A stretch of 64,000 nt of DNA from Bacteroidales bacterium (lineage in GTDB: Bacteria > Bacteroidota > Bacteroidia > Bacteroidales > VadinHA17). Where the stretch lies: the NCBI GenBank assembly GCA_029932855.1, contig JAOZPG010000005.1, positions 829 through 64,828 of the forward strand, written 5' to 3'. The translations under genes were made by a program, and so were the position numbers. The notes under the pieces are model-generated. The model was not told the DNA's origin and did no database searches. It worked only from the letters and a program-made list of their open reading frames with translations. Each line of letters opens with the position of its first letter. Positions within the stretch are counted from its first letter, which is position 1. Below are positions 44,430-55,553 of this stretch, piece after piece.

Positions 44430-46607
44430 TCATTCAGCCAGCGCGCTTACTTTCTGCACTCCTTTAATACTTAACAGTCTGCGGGTAAGGCCTTCTATAT
44501 ATGAATTATTTCTAACAAGTAATACTATTTCACCACTGAAGGAACCATCTTTGGATGAAAAATTAACAGACTGCATATTCAATTCCTTGTCCTGGGAAAT
44601 TATTTCAGTAATACGGTTTACCAGACCCATCTCATCCCTGCCAGATACTTTTAACCTGTATATAAGTACAAAACCTGATGCAGATTCCGTCCACTTCGTC
44701 TGAATAACCCTGTAAGGATACCTTCTTATCATTTGCCTTGCATTGGGGCAATCCATCCTGTGAACTTTTATTCCATCCTTGATTGTAACAAAACCAAATA
44801 TCCTGTCTCCGGGCCTGGGCTTGCAACAGGCTGAAAGCTTATAATCAATATTCTCAACCTTGTTCTCAATAATAAGAAAATCTTCCTGGGCGGAAGTCTT
44901 TGCGGTCTTAGATCCTGTTTTCTTTTCTTTATTATCATCAGGCTGTGTGCCTGCAACCGGCTGCTCTTCCTTCAGAAGAAAAGCTTTCAGTTCCATCAGG
45001 TCTATCTTCTCTTCGCTTATCCTGTAATAAAGATCCCGGGCATACTTCAGTCCATAGTGTTTAAGCAGCTTTTTAACATTATGGTCATCAAAAGATATCT
45101 TCCAGTTCCTTAATCGTCTCTTAAGTATCTCCTTCCCTATTTCAGAGGTCTTCTGTTTCTCTTCATTAAGAGATATTTTTATCCTGTTCTTCGACTTGCT
45201 GCAAACAACAAAACTCAGCCAGTCCTGCTTGGGCCTCTGGTTCTTTGAAGTCATAACCTCAACCATGTCACCGTTCTTCAGCTTATGCTTTAGAGTAACA
45301 TTCTTATGGTTTACTCTTCCCCCTGTACATTTGGCTCCCACATCAGAGTGTATCTCAAAAGCAAAATCCAGTAATGTAGCACCCGCAGACAGTCGCTTCA
45401 AATCGCCTTTGGGAGTAAAAACAAATATTTCTTCAGGACTCAGACTTAATTTAACATTATCCATCAAGCCCTTACTGTCTGCCTCGGGCTCCTCAAGAGC
45501 ATCCCGCATCCGGGCAAGCCATTTATCCATCAGTTTATCCGGACTGCTTCCTTTATACATCCAGTGGGCAGCCATTCCTTTCTCAGCATATTCATTCATT
45601 CTCCGGCTCCTTATCTGTACCTCCACCCACCTGCCTTTAGGAGTTACAACAGTTGTATGCAAAGATTCATATCCATTAGCCTTGGGTATTGATATCCAGT
45701 CGCGAAGCCTGTTTGGATTAGGAGTGTAAAGGTCAGTTATTACCGAATAGACCTGCCAGCACAAGGCCCTTTCATGTTCCTGATCACTGTCTATGATAAT
45801 CCGTATTGCAAAAAGGTCATATACTTCTTCAAACTCAACCTCCTGGACCTTCATCTTGTTCCAGATAGAATGAACAGATTTCAGCCTTCCTTTTACCTCG
45901 TACTCTACTCCCAGTTTATCAAGCTTTTCCTTAACAGGTTTTATAAATTCACGTATAAACCTGTTCCTTTTCCTGGTGGTATTGGCAAGCTTTTCAGATA
46001 TAAAAGAATACTGTTCCGGTTCAAGGTACATCATTGAAATATCTTCGAGCTCCGACTTAATACTGTATAATCCTAAACGATGCGCCAGGGAGGCATACAG
46101 GTTAAAACTTTCGGATGCAAGCTTTTGCTGCCTCTCCTTTGAAGAATTCTCCATGCTCCTCATTAGCTGGAGCCTGTCGGCAATGATTATCAATAATACC
46201 TGGATATCTCCGGCCAGGGTAAGGATAAGCTTTTTAAAAGATTCAATATGCAGGGAAGTTTTTGAAGTGTCAATACCGGAGATATTAACAAGGCTCTCTA
46301 CTATTCCCGCAACCTCATCACCAAACAATTTCTGAATCTTATTCCTGTCAGATTTAGCTGCTTTAGCCTCAGGGATCAAAAGTGCCCCGATAACTGCAGA
46401 ACTACCCATCCCCATATCCCTGGCAATTATGCGTGCTACCTGAATCACGTGCAGGACATGATGGCCTGAACTGTTTTCAATAGCATATTCAAGGGCTTTC
46501 CTTATCCTTTTCTGGTCGTGAAAACCGGAATGTTTATGATAGTCCCTTAGCAGGCCCCTGTAATGCCGGCTTATTTCTTTCTCTATATTAAGCGCTAATG
46601 TATTCAC
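44430..46607 (-). CDS. relA: RelA/SpoT-family (p)ppGpp synthetase with a degenerate hydrolase domain
   Basis: Synthetase motifs are intact (GRLKSVHSIWNKM, YDLFAIRII, YESLHTTV, EVQIRS..M...AE.G.AAHW.YK). TGS and ACT-like C-terminus. The HD motif position reads ALLIPEAK and ADRLHNMR reads ADRLQLMR. Confidence 0.9.
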   Translation of the reverse strand: MNTLALNIEKEISRHYRGLLRDYHKHSGFHDQKRIRKALEYAIENSSGHHVLHVIQVARIIARDMGMGSSAVIGALLIPEAKAAKSDRNKIQKLFGDEVAGIVESLVNISGIDTSKTSLHIESFKKLILTLAGDIQVLLIIIADRLQLMRSMENSSKERQQKLASESFNLYASLAHRLGLYSIKSELEDISMMYLEPEQYSFISEKLANTTRKRNRFIREFIKPVKEKLDKLGVEYEVKGRLKSVHSIWNKMKVQEVEFEEVYDLFAIRIIIDSDQEHERALCWQVYSVITDLYTPNPNRLRDWISIPKANGYESLHTTVVTPKGRWVEVQIRSRRMNEYAEKGMAAHWMYKGSSPDKLMDKWLARMRDALEEPEADSKGLMDNVKLSLSPEEIFVFTPKGDLKRLSAGATLLDFAFEIHSDVGAKCTGGRVNHKNVTLKHKLKNGDMVEVMTSKNQRPKQDWLSFVVCSKSKNRIKISLNEEKQKTSEIGKEILKRRLRNWKISFDDHNVKKLLKHYGLKYARDLYYRISEEKIDLMELKAFLLKEEQPVAGTQPDDNKEKKTGSKTAKTSAQEDFLIIENKVENIDYKLSACCKPRPGDRIFGFVTIKDGIKVHRMDCPNARQMIRRYPYRVIQTKWTESASGFVLIYRLKVSGRDEMGLVNRITEIISQDKELNMQSVNFSSKDGSFSGEIVLLVRNNSYIEGLTRRLLSIKGVQKVSALAE

Positions 46608-46740
46608 TTTTGCAAATATCCGCTTTTTGATAAATAATAAAGTATAGCTTATTGATTAATTTACACATTTTTATACTCTTGTGCAAATAATAAAGGCCGC
46701 CTTAATGACAGCCCTTTTTCCCATATCACCGGCTTGTCTT

Positions 46741-47841
46741 TTAACGGAAGCTTAAACCAATACCTCCTGTATATACAGAGTATTTGTCATAAGTGTAGTC
46801 TCCATGGAAACTAAATACTCCCAGCCTCAGCCTGAGGCCTATCGTAGTTCTTAATCCGCTCCTGTTTTCAATTTCAAAACCGGGTATTTCCTGTACACCT
46901 TCATCAACAACTTCAGGCTGGGGATCCAAAGGATCATCAATATTCAAAGATGGTATAGGAATAGGCCCCAGGATATCCACTGTTGTATTTGCATTGCTGT
47001 AACCAAGACTTCCGTATACATTTATTACCGGCAAGGTAGTGGATGCAATAAGGCTTAAATTATATCCGCTGGTTTTCACATCTACCGACTGTTTCTGGAA
47101 ATCGCTGAGATCATATTCTACAAGATTGACATTCTCCGAGTATTCAGAAGGAAGTACATCTTTAGGCTGGACACTGATGGCTACAGTGGTTGACAAACTT
47201 GTGTATCCTGCAAAAACAGAAACATCCATAGGAAGTTTATCGAGTTTCTTAAAATATTGTAAGACTGAATGTTTTAAACCAACACCCCATAAACCTACTT
47301 TTGCATTTGTAGAAGGGATCTTCATCATTGGGAAATACCTGAGCACTATCTCTGTACTTTTAGGCAAGCCCACGCCGGCCTGTATCATGGGGGCAGGGAA
47401 ATAATGTAAGCCTGATCCCTGAGGAGATGAAAAAGAGGTAATCTCAACATCTGTCCCCGTAGAATTATCAATATATGTCAGGTCAGGTCCGGATTTATTG
47501 GAGCCTGCAACAGTAGGTGCAATAGTGCTTCCTGAGGGGTCAACAGTCAGGTTATTAAATGTGAGCTTACTCAGGTCCATTGTACGATCAGCCTCAGGGA
47601 TCATGGTAACGCTGGAAGTAAATGTTATATCAAAGCCGCCAAGTTTGTGAGGTTTAGCCGAATTATACCAGCCACCGTTCAGATCAGTACCAAAGGCCTT
47701 TACCCATGGCGTGGCATATGCATTAAACAGTTCCATGCCATCTTCTATTCCGGCATTAAAAAAGTTAAACTGTGCTTTTACAGCCGACCCGCTAAACAGG
47801 ACAAGTGCCAGGGCGATACTGATAGTTTTTATTGTCTTCAT
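46741..47841 (-). CDS. secreted hypothetical outer-membrane protein
   Basis: Signal peptide ending VKAQ. Beta-rich. Terminal ...GGIGLSFR, typical of barrel C-termini. Confidence 0.4.
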   Translation of the reverse strand: MKTIKTISIALALVLFSGSAVKAQFNFFNAGIEDGMELFNAYATPWVKAFGTDLNGGWYNSAKPHKLGGFDITFTSSVTMIPEADRTMDLSKLTFNNLTVDPSGSTIAPTVAGSNKSGPDLTYIDNSTGTDVEITSFSSPQGSGLHYFPAPMIQAGVGLPKSTEIVLRYFPMMKIPSTNAKVGLWGVGLKHSVLQYFKKLDKLPMDVSVFAGYTSLSTTVAISVQPKDVLPSEYSENVNLVEYDLSDFQKQSVDVKTSGYNLSLIASTTLPVINVYGSLGYSNANTTVDILGPIPIPSLNIDDPLDPQPEVVDEGVQEIPGFEIENRSGLRTTIGLRLRLGVFSFHGDYTYDKYSVYTGGIGLSFR

Positions 47842-48002
47842 TGTTTTAACTTTATAATGATTAAATTATAAATTAAGCTTTTTGCTATATTATTCAGACT
47901 TAAAAATACTAAAAATAGTTGCGTTCACACTATACAGGCAGTCTTTGTTGTGGAAAGATATTAAGTTTATCTTTGCATGATACAGCCATTTAAATAATAA
48001 CA

Positions 48003-49292
48003 ATGTCCACTAATATCCCTTTAGCCGAACGAATGAGACCTTCAAGCCTGGAGGATTTCCTGGGACAAAAACACCTGCTTGGCGATAAAGCCATTTTAAA
48101 TAATATGTTAAACTCCGGATCACTTGCATCAATGATCTTCTGGGGGCCTCCGGGTGTTGGAAAAACCACCCTGGCAAGAATAATTGCAAAGAGTTCAGAC
48201 AGAATATTTTTCTCACTCAGTGCGGTTCATTCGGGGGTAAAAGATGTAAGGGCAACAATAGAAAAGGCAAAAAACCAGCAGTTCTTTGACAAACCTAATC
48301 CTGTATTATTTATCGATGAGATACACCGCTTTAGTAAATCACAGCAAGATTCTCTTCTCAGTGCGGTTGAACAGGGAACTGTAACATTAATAGGTGCTAC
48401 CACAGAGAATCCTTCATTTGAAGTTATCTCCCCTCTTCTATCCCGATGCCAGGTCTATATACTCAAGCCACTTGAAAAAGAGGAACTCAGGCAGTTGATA
48501 AATATAGCCCTTAAAAAAGATCATTACCTGAAAAAACTAAAGATAAGAATAGATGAAGATGAGGCATTACTTCGTTATTCGGGTGGAGATGCCAGGAAAT
48601 TATATAATATCCTGGAGCTGGTTGTAAATGCCGGTCAGGCAGAAAGCATTGAGCCAATAATGATAAACAATGAATATGTAAAATCAAGGATACAGGAGAA
48701 TATTGCCCTTTACGATAAGAACAGTGAACAACATTACGATATCATATCTGCATTTATCAAGTCTGTAAGGGGAAGTGATCCAAATGCTGCAGTTTACTGG
48801 CTGGCACGTATGGTTGAAGGAGGCGAGGATCCACTCTTTATTGCCAGGCGACTGCTTATCCTGTCATCTGAAGACATAGGGCTTGCCAATCCAAATGCTT
48901 TATTGATAGCAACAAGCTGCTTCCAGGCTGTTAAGCTTATTGGCTGGCCCGAATCAAGAATAATCCTCTCGGAAACAGCTATCTACCTGGCAAATTCTCC
49001 AAAGAGCAATTCTGCCTACCAGGCTATTAACAAAGCACAGGAACAAGTAAAAAAAACAGGTGATCTTCCTGTGCCCCTGCATATAAGAAATGCTCCTTCC
49101 AAACTCATGAAAGAACTTGGCTACGGAGAAAATTACAAATACTCTCACAACTATGAAGAGAACTTTGCAGAACAAGAGTATTTACCTGAAGAACTAAAAA
49201 ACAGTTTGCTCTATGAGCCGCAAAACAATCCACGCGAGAACGAGGCCAGGAAAAGACTTGCCAGCCTGTGGAAAAATGGATACAAGTATTGA
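48003..49292 (+). CDS. rarA: replication-associated recombination protein A
   Basis: LAERMRP..L.DF.GQ.HL, Walker [16 protein letters not shown], Walker [10 protein letters not shown] and the MgsA C-terminal domain. Confidence 0.9.
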   Translation: MSTNIPLAERMRPSSLEDFLGQKHLLGDKAILNNMLNSGSLASMIFWGPPGVGKTTLARIIAKSSDRIFFSLSAVHSGVKDVRATIEKAKNQQFFDKPNPVLFIDEIHRFSKSQQDSLLSAVEQGTVTLIGATTENPSFEVISPLLSRCQVYILKPLEKEELRQLINIALKKDHYLKKLKIRIDEDEALLRYSGGDARKLYNILELVVNAGQAESIEPIMINNEYVKSRIQENIALYDKNSEQHYDIISAFIKSVRGSDPNAAVYWLARMVEGGEDPLFIARRLLILSSEDIGLANPNALLIATSCFQAVKLIGWPESRIILSETAIYLANSPKSNSAYQAINKAQEQVKKTGDLPVPLHIRNAPSKLMKELGYGENYKYSHNYEENFAEQEYLPEELKNSLLYEPQNNPRENEARKRLASLWKNGYKY

Positions 49293-49397
49293 GAAGAGAT
49301 TGCGAAGTCTCTTATTAAAAAAATACTCTGTCTTATTTAGATTGTTTAAGAATAATATCTATTTTTGTTTGATACAAGCGAATTACTAAAATTAACC

Positions 49398-49640
49398 ATG
49401 AATAATACAAACTGGTCAGTCGAAGAAAAATTTCTCAATAAAGATTTTAATTTTCCCAGTTCAAAAACCGCTTTGAAGTTTATTGATGAGGTATCAAAGA
49501 TTGCTGAAACAGAACAACTATACCCGGAAATACGCTTTCATTCCGGAAAAACCGTAAATGTTAAGATCTCTATTAAATCGGAAGCAGATATAGGGGAATA
49601 TTCTATAAGACTGGCAAACCTTATTAACAAGATAGGCTGA
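49398..49640 (+). CDS. pterin-4a-carbinolamine dehydratase (PCD/DCoH) family
   Basis: 80 aa. W....FL.K.F.F..........F...V...AE...H.P.I pattern (here YPEI), then a V.V.. strand. Confidence 0.65.
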   Translation: MNNTNWSVEEKFLNKDFNFPSSKTALKFIDEVSKIAETEQLYPEIRFHSGKTVNVKISIKSEADIGEYSIRLANLINKIG

Positions 49641-49708
49641 CAAACAGAATCAAGTGAGCAGCTCCGTGGCATATATCTCTGTTAAGCTGTCTCCTTACTG
49701 CTCTGATC

Positions 49709-51034
49709 CTAAATATCTTTCAGAAGGATATTGGAGTCTGATTTGGAAATACTCTCTGAAAAACCTGCAAGCACCTCTTTGAGCTTATTATATTCAGTGC
49801 AATCTGCAGGAGCTATATGTTCACTCCCTATATTATCAAGTTCGTCCAGGATTGTTACCACCCTTATCTTATTTATATCGTAAGCAGGCTGGAATGCCCT
49901 CTCCCTCGGATTATCCGAATTTAACTCAGAAAAAAGTCCCGCTTCTGTCAACTCATAGGTAATTTCCCTTACCAGGCGGACAGGAATATGCAGTTTTTCC
50001 GATAGCTGTGCTGCAGTAGAAGCTCCTGAACCTCCGGCAAAGTCCTTGACAACCCTTGTTGCAACCATTAAGGACATCAGTTTCTTAAGCCTCCTTGTAA
50101 TACTTTGAGAATCTATCTCATACTCATACTGGCCAACATTCTGGTTGGCAAAGGATATCTCTGCTCCCAGCAAAACAATTACCCAGCTCAGCTGTAACCA
50201 TATCAGGAACAATGGTAAGGCAGCAAAACTCCCGTAAATAGCACCATACTTGGTTGCTACAGACTGGAAATGCAAATAGCCCCACTGGCTGAACTGGAAA
50301 ACGGTACCGGCAATAACCCCTGCAATAAGTGCTGACTTAATATTCACCCGTGTATTTGGCATTATTATGTATAAAAGTGTCATAACAGTCCATATCAGCA
50401 AAAATGGAGTGAGCTGAAGAAGGAATTTCAGGTTTTCCAGCAATGGGTATATTCCACTGAGCTTATCCAGCTGGGTAGAAATAAAAATATTTGTACTGCT
50501 TGATAGTAGTATGAATATAGGGGCTATCAGCATCATTGAAATATAATCACTGAATTTCCTGAAAAAAGGCCGGGACTTCTTTATCTGCCATATACCATTA
50601 AATGCACTCTCAATATTTCCAAGTATTTTCATTATTGACCATAGCAAAACCACAATGCCTATTCCAGTTAAAACACCCCCCCTGACATTTTCAAGGAGGT
50701 TCTCTGCAAAATTAATTATCCATGACATAGCCTCTTCCTGTCCCTGCATATTCTTTATAAGTTCCATCTGGAGTCTCTCCTTAAAGCCAAAACCATTGGC
50801 TACAACAAAGAGCATTGCTACCACAGGTACTACAGACAGTAGTGAGAAAAGTGTAAGAGCCGAAGCCCTTAGCTGTATCCTGTCTTTGGCAAATCCCCTT
50901 GCAGCAATTACCGAGATCCTTAATTGCCTGATCATGAATGATCTGGTTTTTGGCAAGTCTTCCAGGGAAGGATCCCACAGATCATGTGACAGGAAATCTG
51001 TCATTTCCTTAATCCACCTGTTTAGTTTTTTCAT
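49709..51034 (-). CDS. YihY/BrkB family membrane protein with a C-terminal soluble extension
   Basis: N-terminal F..R.......A.ALT..SLLS..P motif region and 6 TM helices. About 110 aa of extra cytoplasmic C-terminus. Confidence 0.75.
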   Translation of the reverse strand: MKKLNRWIKEMTDFLSHDLWDPSLEDLPKTRSFMIRQLRISVIAARGFAKDRIQLRASALTLFSLLSVVPVVAMLFVVANGFGFKERLQMELIKNMQGQEEAMSWIINFAENLLENVRGGVLTGIGIVVLLWSIMKILGNIESAFNGIWQIKKSRPFFRKFSDYISMMLIAPIFILLSSSTNIFISTQLDKLSGIYPLLENLKFLLQLTPFLLIWTVMTLLYIIMPNTRVNIKSALIAGVIAGTVFQFSQWGYLHFQSVATKYGAIYGSFAALPLFLIWLQLSWVIVLLGAEISFANQNVGQYEYEIDSQSITRRLKKLMSLMVATRVVKDFAGGSGASTAAQLSEKLHIPVRLVREITYELTEAGLFSELNSDNPRERAFQPAYDINKIRVVTILDELDNIGSEHIAPADCTEYNKLKEVLAGFSESISKSDSNILLKDI

Positions 51035-51281
51035 AATACAAAAGTTTTGCAATTAAGCCTGAACCTCCTCATTGTATAACTTATTAGCTCTCAAATATTT
51101 TCCTGCTTCCTGTTTTAATACATTGCCTCAATAAGCAAATATAATGGAAAATATGTATTTCCTGAGAATAGCACGTCTGGAAGACCGGTCATAAATTTTC
51201 ATAGATATGTTTTCTTTCAATTTTTATCTTTTATCTTTATTTTTTTGTTTCCTGTCATAATTTTATCCCTTATTCTAAATC

Positions 51282-52379
51282 ATGTCAATATCAAATATCA
51301 GCTCTCCCACCCTGCTGCTTAACGAAAAAATATGCCGCAATAATATCAGGCAAATGACATTAAAGATCTCTGCTGCCTCTGTCCTGTTCAGGCCTCATTT
51401 CAAGACTCATCAATCTAAAATAATAGGAGGCTGGTTCAGGAAAGAAGGAATTAGGGCAATAACTGTTTCTTCTGTAAAGATGGCTGAATATTTTGCTGCA
51501 GACGGATGGGAAGATATCACCATTGCCTTCCCGGTAAACCTCAGGGAAAGTTCTGCCATCAATAAACTTGCGGGACAAATAAAACTTAATATACTAATTG
51601 CAGGCACCGGTATTGCAACTGAGTTAAATAAAAGGCTGTCTGCTAATGTTGGGGCATGGATAAAGATTGATACAGGCTATGGCAGAAGCGGGATAAGATA
51701 TGACAATACAGCTGATATAGACAGCTGTCTGTCAGAAATAGGGAAATCAGCACATCTCAGCTTTGAAGGATTTTTATCTCATACGGGCAATACTTATCAT
51801 GCCGGCAGCAGGAATGAAATACTCGAATTATTTGAACATGCAAGATCATGCCTTGTCGATCTTAAAGACCGTTACATCAAAGATCAGCCCGGATTAAAAA
51901 TATCACTTGGTGATACCCCATCAAGTTCTGTATGTACAAATTTTCAGGGCATTGATGAGCTCCGGCCGGGGAATTTTGTCTTTTACGACCTGATGCAAGA
52001 GCATCTTGGAGCCTGCTCTCTTAACCAGGTAGCCACCCTTCTGGCCTGTCCCGTTGTTGCCAGCTACAGCAAGCGCCGTGAAATTATTATTTACGGTGGC
52101 GCCATCCATCTTTCGAAAGAATTTATTAGCAACAGTAAGGAAGAACGAAATTTCGGACAAGTGGCCCTGCTAACACAAAAGGGATGGGATCCCCTGCCAG
52201 GAAGCAATAAAGTAGTTTCCCTCAGTCAGGAGCATGGTATAGTAAGGCTTGATAAAGAATATATCGGAAAAATCAAAGCAGGTGATCTTATAGGCATCAT
52301 AGCTGTTCACTCCTGCCTCACAGCAGAGGCTATGAAATCATACTACTCACTCGACGGGAAAATAATTGATCATATGTAA
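51282..52379 (+). CDS. D-TA/DSD1 family PLP enzyme (alanine-racemase-fold D-threonine aldolase / D-serine dehydratase-like)
   Basis: RPHFKTHQS PLP-lysine motif, alanine-racemase N-domain pattern, C-terminal beta domain. Confidence 0.7.
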   Translation: MSISNISSPTLLLNEKICRNNIRQMTLKISAASVLFRPHFKTHQSKIIGGWFRKEGIRAITVSSVKMAEYFAADGWEDITIAFPVNLRESSAINKLAGQIKLNILIAGTGIATELNKRLSANVGAWIKIDTGYGRSGIRYDNTADIDSCLSEIGKSAHLSFEGFLSHTGNTYHAGSRNEILELFEHARSCLVDLKDRYIKDQPGLKISLGDTPSSSVCTNFQGIDELRPGNFVFYDLMQEHLGACSLNQVATLLACPVVASYSKRREIIIYGGAIHLSKEFISNSKEERNFGQVALLTQKGWDPLPGSNKVVSLSQEHGIVRLDKEYIGKIKAGDLIGIIAVHSCLTAEAMKSYYSLDGKIIDHM

Positions 52380-52475
52380 TAGCTAAATCATAGCTAAGCA
52401 TAATGCAAATTGTTATATTCGCAGTAAAACGAAAGAACTGCATGAAGAGAAAAAAACTGAATTAAGATAAATCTG

Positions 52476-53081
52476 ATGAACAAACTTACAGAAAGTATAA
52501 AAAAACATTATGCAAAGAAGAGTAAGCTTTACATTATATCTGACATTGTCTTTTATTTATTTGTAATTTTATTGATAATTCCTTCTACAAGGACTACAGT
52601 GGTAACATTTGTAAAAAAGATCACCCTTACTGCTCCCCTGAAAGTAAATGTACCGGAACATTCAAAACTATCTGATAATGATTACCTCTGGCAGCTTCAA
52701 TCGTCAAACGGGACCACGGTAAGCATGGAACAATTCAGGGGTAAGCTTATCTTTCTGAATTTCTGGGCTACATGGTGTGCCCCCTGCCGTGCTGAAATGC
52801 AAAGTATCCAGGAACTATATGATGAATATGGTAATAAGATAGTATTTATACTGGCAAGCAGGGAAAACCAGGAGACCATAAACAACTTCCTGGAGTCAAC
52901 TAATTATGATTTTCCGGTATATTCCCAAAAAATGGCTGAACCTGAAATATTTCAATCCAGGTCAATCCCCACCTCATTCCTTATATCACCGGAAGGAGAA
53001 ATAATCCTGAAGAAAAAGGGAGCCACAAAATGGGACAGTAAGAAAATCAAGGATATTATTGATTCTCATTTAAATCCTTAA
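52476..53081 (+). CDS. TlpA-family thiol:disulfide oxidoreductase, membrane-anchored
   Basis: N-terminal TM anchor and thioredoxin fold with WATWCAPC. Confidence 0.8.
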   Translation: MNKLTESIKKHYAKKSKLYIISDIVFYLFVILLIIPSTRTTVVTFVKKITLTAPLKVNVPEHSKLSDNDYLWQLQSSNGTTVSMEQFRGKLIFLNFWATWCAPCRAEMQSIQELYDEYGNKIVFILASRENQETINNFLESTNYDFPVYSQKMAEPEIFQSRSIPTSFLISPEGEIILKKKGATKWDSKKIKDIIDSHLNP

Positions 53082-54261
53082 GGCAGGCCTCAATATTTTT
53101 CCAGCTATGTTCTATATCCATATCAAGTCCCACAGAAAAGCGCACAAGTCCCTCTGAAAGCCCCATCCTTTTTTGCTCTTCCACCGGCACTTCCGATGAG
53201 GTGCTGGTACCTGAATTACTAAAGAGCGTTCTGAAATAACCCAGGCTGACTGCCAGGTAGCCCACTCCCCTGTCCTGCATGGCAACCATCAGTTTACTGG
53301 CATTATCAGTAGTCACCATATCAATGGCAAGCATACCTCCGTAACCAAAGCCATGATTCATCAGTTCCCCCAACAACTTATGCCCCGGATGATCAGGAAG
53401 TCCCGGGTAATTTATCTTTACACCGGCCTCTTTAAACCTGGAGGCAAGAAAACCTGCATTCTCACTATGCTTCATCATTCTTATATGCAATGTATGAAGG
53501 TTTTTTAGTATGGCTGCTGACCGTGGCGGATCGAGTACAGGACCGAGCAACATAGCAGTACCTGAGCTAACATCAATAAGAGAATTAATAAAGTCTTCCT
53601 TTCCGCAGATGGCCCCTGCCACACAATCATTCTTTCCATTAATGAACTTTGTCATACTGTAAACAACCACATCTGCCCCCAGCTTCAGGGGGGAGATGAT
53701 AAGTGGTGTAAAGGTATTGTCCACAACCAGTTTCAGGTCATTGGCTCTGGCAATCTCTGAAAGTGCGGGTATATCTGATATCTGCAACAAGGGGTTTGTC
53801 ATACTTTCGGTAAAAAGTATCCTGGTATTTGGCCTTATCTCTTTTTTAACAGCCTCAAGATCGGTGATATCAACAAAACTCACCTCTATATTAAACTTGG
53901 CAGGAAGGTAGTTTGCAAAAAAAGCATAGCTGCCTCCATAGGTGGTATTGGCCGAGATAATATGATCCCCATATTTACATAACTGCAATATAGCAGAAGT
54001 TATGGCAGCCATTCCTGATGATGTAAGCCAGGCTGCCTCAGCACCTTCCATGGCGGCAAGGGCCTTTGCAAGATGTACATTTGTAGGATTCCAGTGCCTG
54101 CTGTATAGAAAACAGCCCTCAGTCTTTCCTTCAAAAGTGTCGGTCATAACATCTGCTTCGGAGAAAGCGAATGTTGCCGAGTCGGATATTACCGGGTTTA
54201 CACCATCGAAAGGACTTAAATTCATGATCTTCTGTAATTCAGCTGCAGGATTAAAATTCAT
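53056..54261 (-). CDS. Cys/Met-metabolism PLP-dependent enzyme (methionine gamma-lyase / O-acylhomoserine sulfhydrylase family)
   Basis: YSRHWNPT, SSGMAAI, DNTF and the SMTKFINGKNDCVAG PLP-lysine motif. The 3' end overlaps the convergent tlpA-like gene by 26 nt. Confidence 0.75.
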   Translation of the reverse strand: MNFNPAAELQKIMNLSPFDGVNPVISDSATFAFSEADVMTDTFEGKTEGCFLYSRHWNPTNVHLAKALAAMEGAEAAWLTSSGMAAITSAILQLCKYGDHIISANTTYGGSYAFFANYLPAKFNIEVSFVDITDLEAVKKEIRPNTRILFTESMTNPLLQISDIPALSEIARANDLKLVVDNTFTPLIISPLKLGADVVVYSMTKFINGKNDCVAGAICGKEDFINSLIDVSSGTAMLLGPVLDPPRSAAILKNLHTLHIRMMKHSENAGFLASRFKEAGVKINYPGLPDHPGHKLLGELMNHGFGYGGMLAIDMVTTDNASKLMVAMQDRGVGYLAVSLGYFRTLFSNSGTSTSSEVPVEEQKRMGLSEGLVRFSVGLDMDIEHSWKNIEACLKDLNENQ

Positions 54262-54366
54262 GATCTCTATATTTTATGTTTTTATAAATCTATAAATTAT
54301 TTTGGAGATAGAACAGGAATGTATAATTCAATCCGGACTGAAACAATACTTATTTCCAAAATGTGA

Positions 54367-55485
54367 TCAGCTTGTTTTCCTGTATCTCCATACTGCCAGG
54401 CCAAGCATTACTACAGCAATCATAGAAAGATTTATTATTTCAGCTAAAATATCCTGCAGCTCAGATCCCTTAAGCAAAATCATTCTTATTACCTTCATGA
54501 AATAAGCTAAGGGATTAAGAATATTAAGGGTCTGAGCCCACTGAGGCATGCTTTCAACAGGGGTAAACAGGCCGCTCATAAGTATGAATACAATATTGAA
54601 GAAGAAGAAAAGGAACATTATCTGCTGCTGGGTCTGGGTAATGGTGGAAAAGAACAGTCCTATTCCCATTATCGCAACAAGGTAAACCGAAGAAAAGGCA
54701 AACAGAAGCAATAAACTGCCCCTTATCGGAATATCAAAAAATATCCTGCCAATTGTCAGGCCGAAAGCCAGCTCAAAAAGTGCTACAAGCCAAAAAGGAA
54801 TAAGCTTGCCTGCAAGGAACTGGTATTTTCTTACAGGGCTCACATTTATCTGCTCAATTGTTCCCAGTTCTTTTTCTTTAACAAGGCTCAATGCAGAAAG
54901 GGCCATCCCCATTACAGTCACTAATATCACAAGTATTCCGGGAAGCATAAAAAACTTAAAATTCAGTTCTTCGTTAAACCAGAACCTGTAGCGGATATCA
55001 ATATTGCCACTACTATACTGTTGCGGTATAACCCCCTTCAGGGAAACGAACTCAGCAGTATATTGTGATATTACATTCATTGAATAAGCATATATCAGTC
55101 CTGCTTTTGCCCCGTTGATAGCATTTATAAGCAACTGTACATCCCCGGGCTCAGCCTTATTCAGTTTCTCTCCAAACTCATTGGGAATAGTGATTATTAC
55201 ATCCACCCTGTCCCTGGCCATCTCCTCTTCAGCAATACCGGAAGATGCAGAATAATCAATAATATTATAAAAGGGAGAAGCCTCAAACTTATTTACAAGT
55301 GATCTTGAAGCCTGTGTATGATCCAGATCAATCACAGCCATCTTTATATCCTTCATCTCAAGGGTAGCGGCATAGAGGAGCACCAGCATCTGGAAAATGG
55401 GCATAACAAACATCATAGGCAGCATCACCCTGTTGCGAAAAAGCTGAATAAACTCTTTTTGTACCAGGTAGAAAATAGTCTTCAT
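54367..55485 (-). CDS. ABC-2 type transporter permease (YbhR/YbhS-like)
   Basis: N-terminal TM helix, large periplasmic loop, then 5 TM helices. ABC-2 membrane pattern. Confidence 0.8.
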   Translation of the reverse strand: MKTIFYLVQKEFIQLFRNRVMLPMMFVMPIFQMLVLLYAATLEMKDIKMAVIDLDHTQASRSLVNKFEASPFYNIIDYSASSGIAEEEMARDRVDVIITIPNEFGEKLNKAEPGDVQLLINAINGAKAGLIYAYSMNVISQYTAEFVSLKGVIPQQYSSGNIDIRYRFWFNEELNFKFFMLPGILVILVTVMGMALSALSLVKEKELGTIEQINVSPVRKYQFLAGKLIPFWLVALFELAFGLTIGRIFFDIPIRGSLLLLFAFSSVYLVAIMGIGLFFSTITQTQQQIMFLFFFFNIVFILMSGLFTPVESMPQWAQTLNILNPLAYFMKVIRMILLKGSELQDILAEIINLSMIAVVMLGLAVWRYRKTS

Positions 55486-55553
55486 TTATGCTTAAACTGT
55501 CTAAAAATCATTATTATTCCGGATGAATTTATTGCTCTTATCATAACATGTCT

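Noticed and set aside
45196-45729. 177-aa ORF antisense to relA/spoT
   Set aside because: Shadow ORF opposite a highly conserved gene. Ser/Leu-rich, with no motif.
51222-51235. 14-mer TTTTATCTTTTATC shared (in sense orientation) between the leader of the D-TA gene and the tract upstream of the orphan gene (reverse complement at 20874-20887)
   Set aside because: Both copies lie in very AT-rich low-complexity sequence where such matches are likely. No palindromic or spaced structure suggests a binding site. Worth only a genome-wide count.
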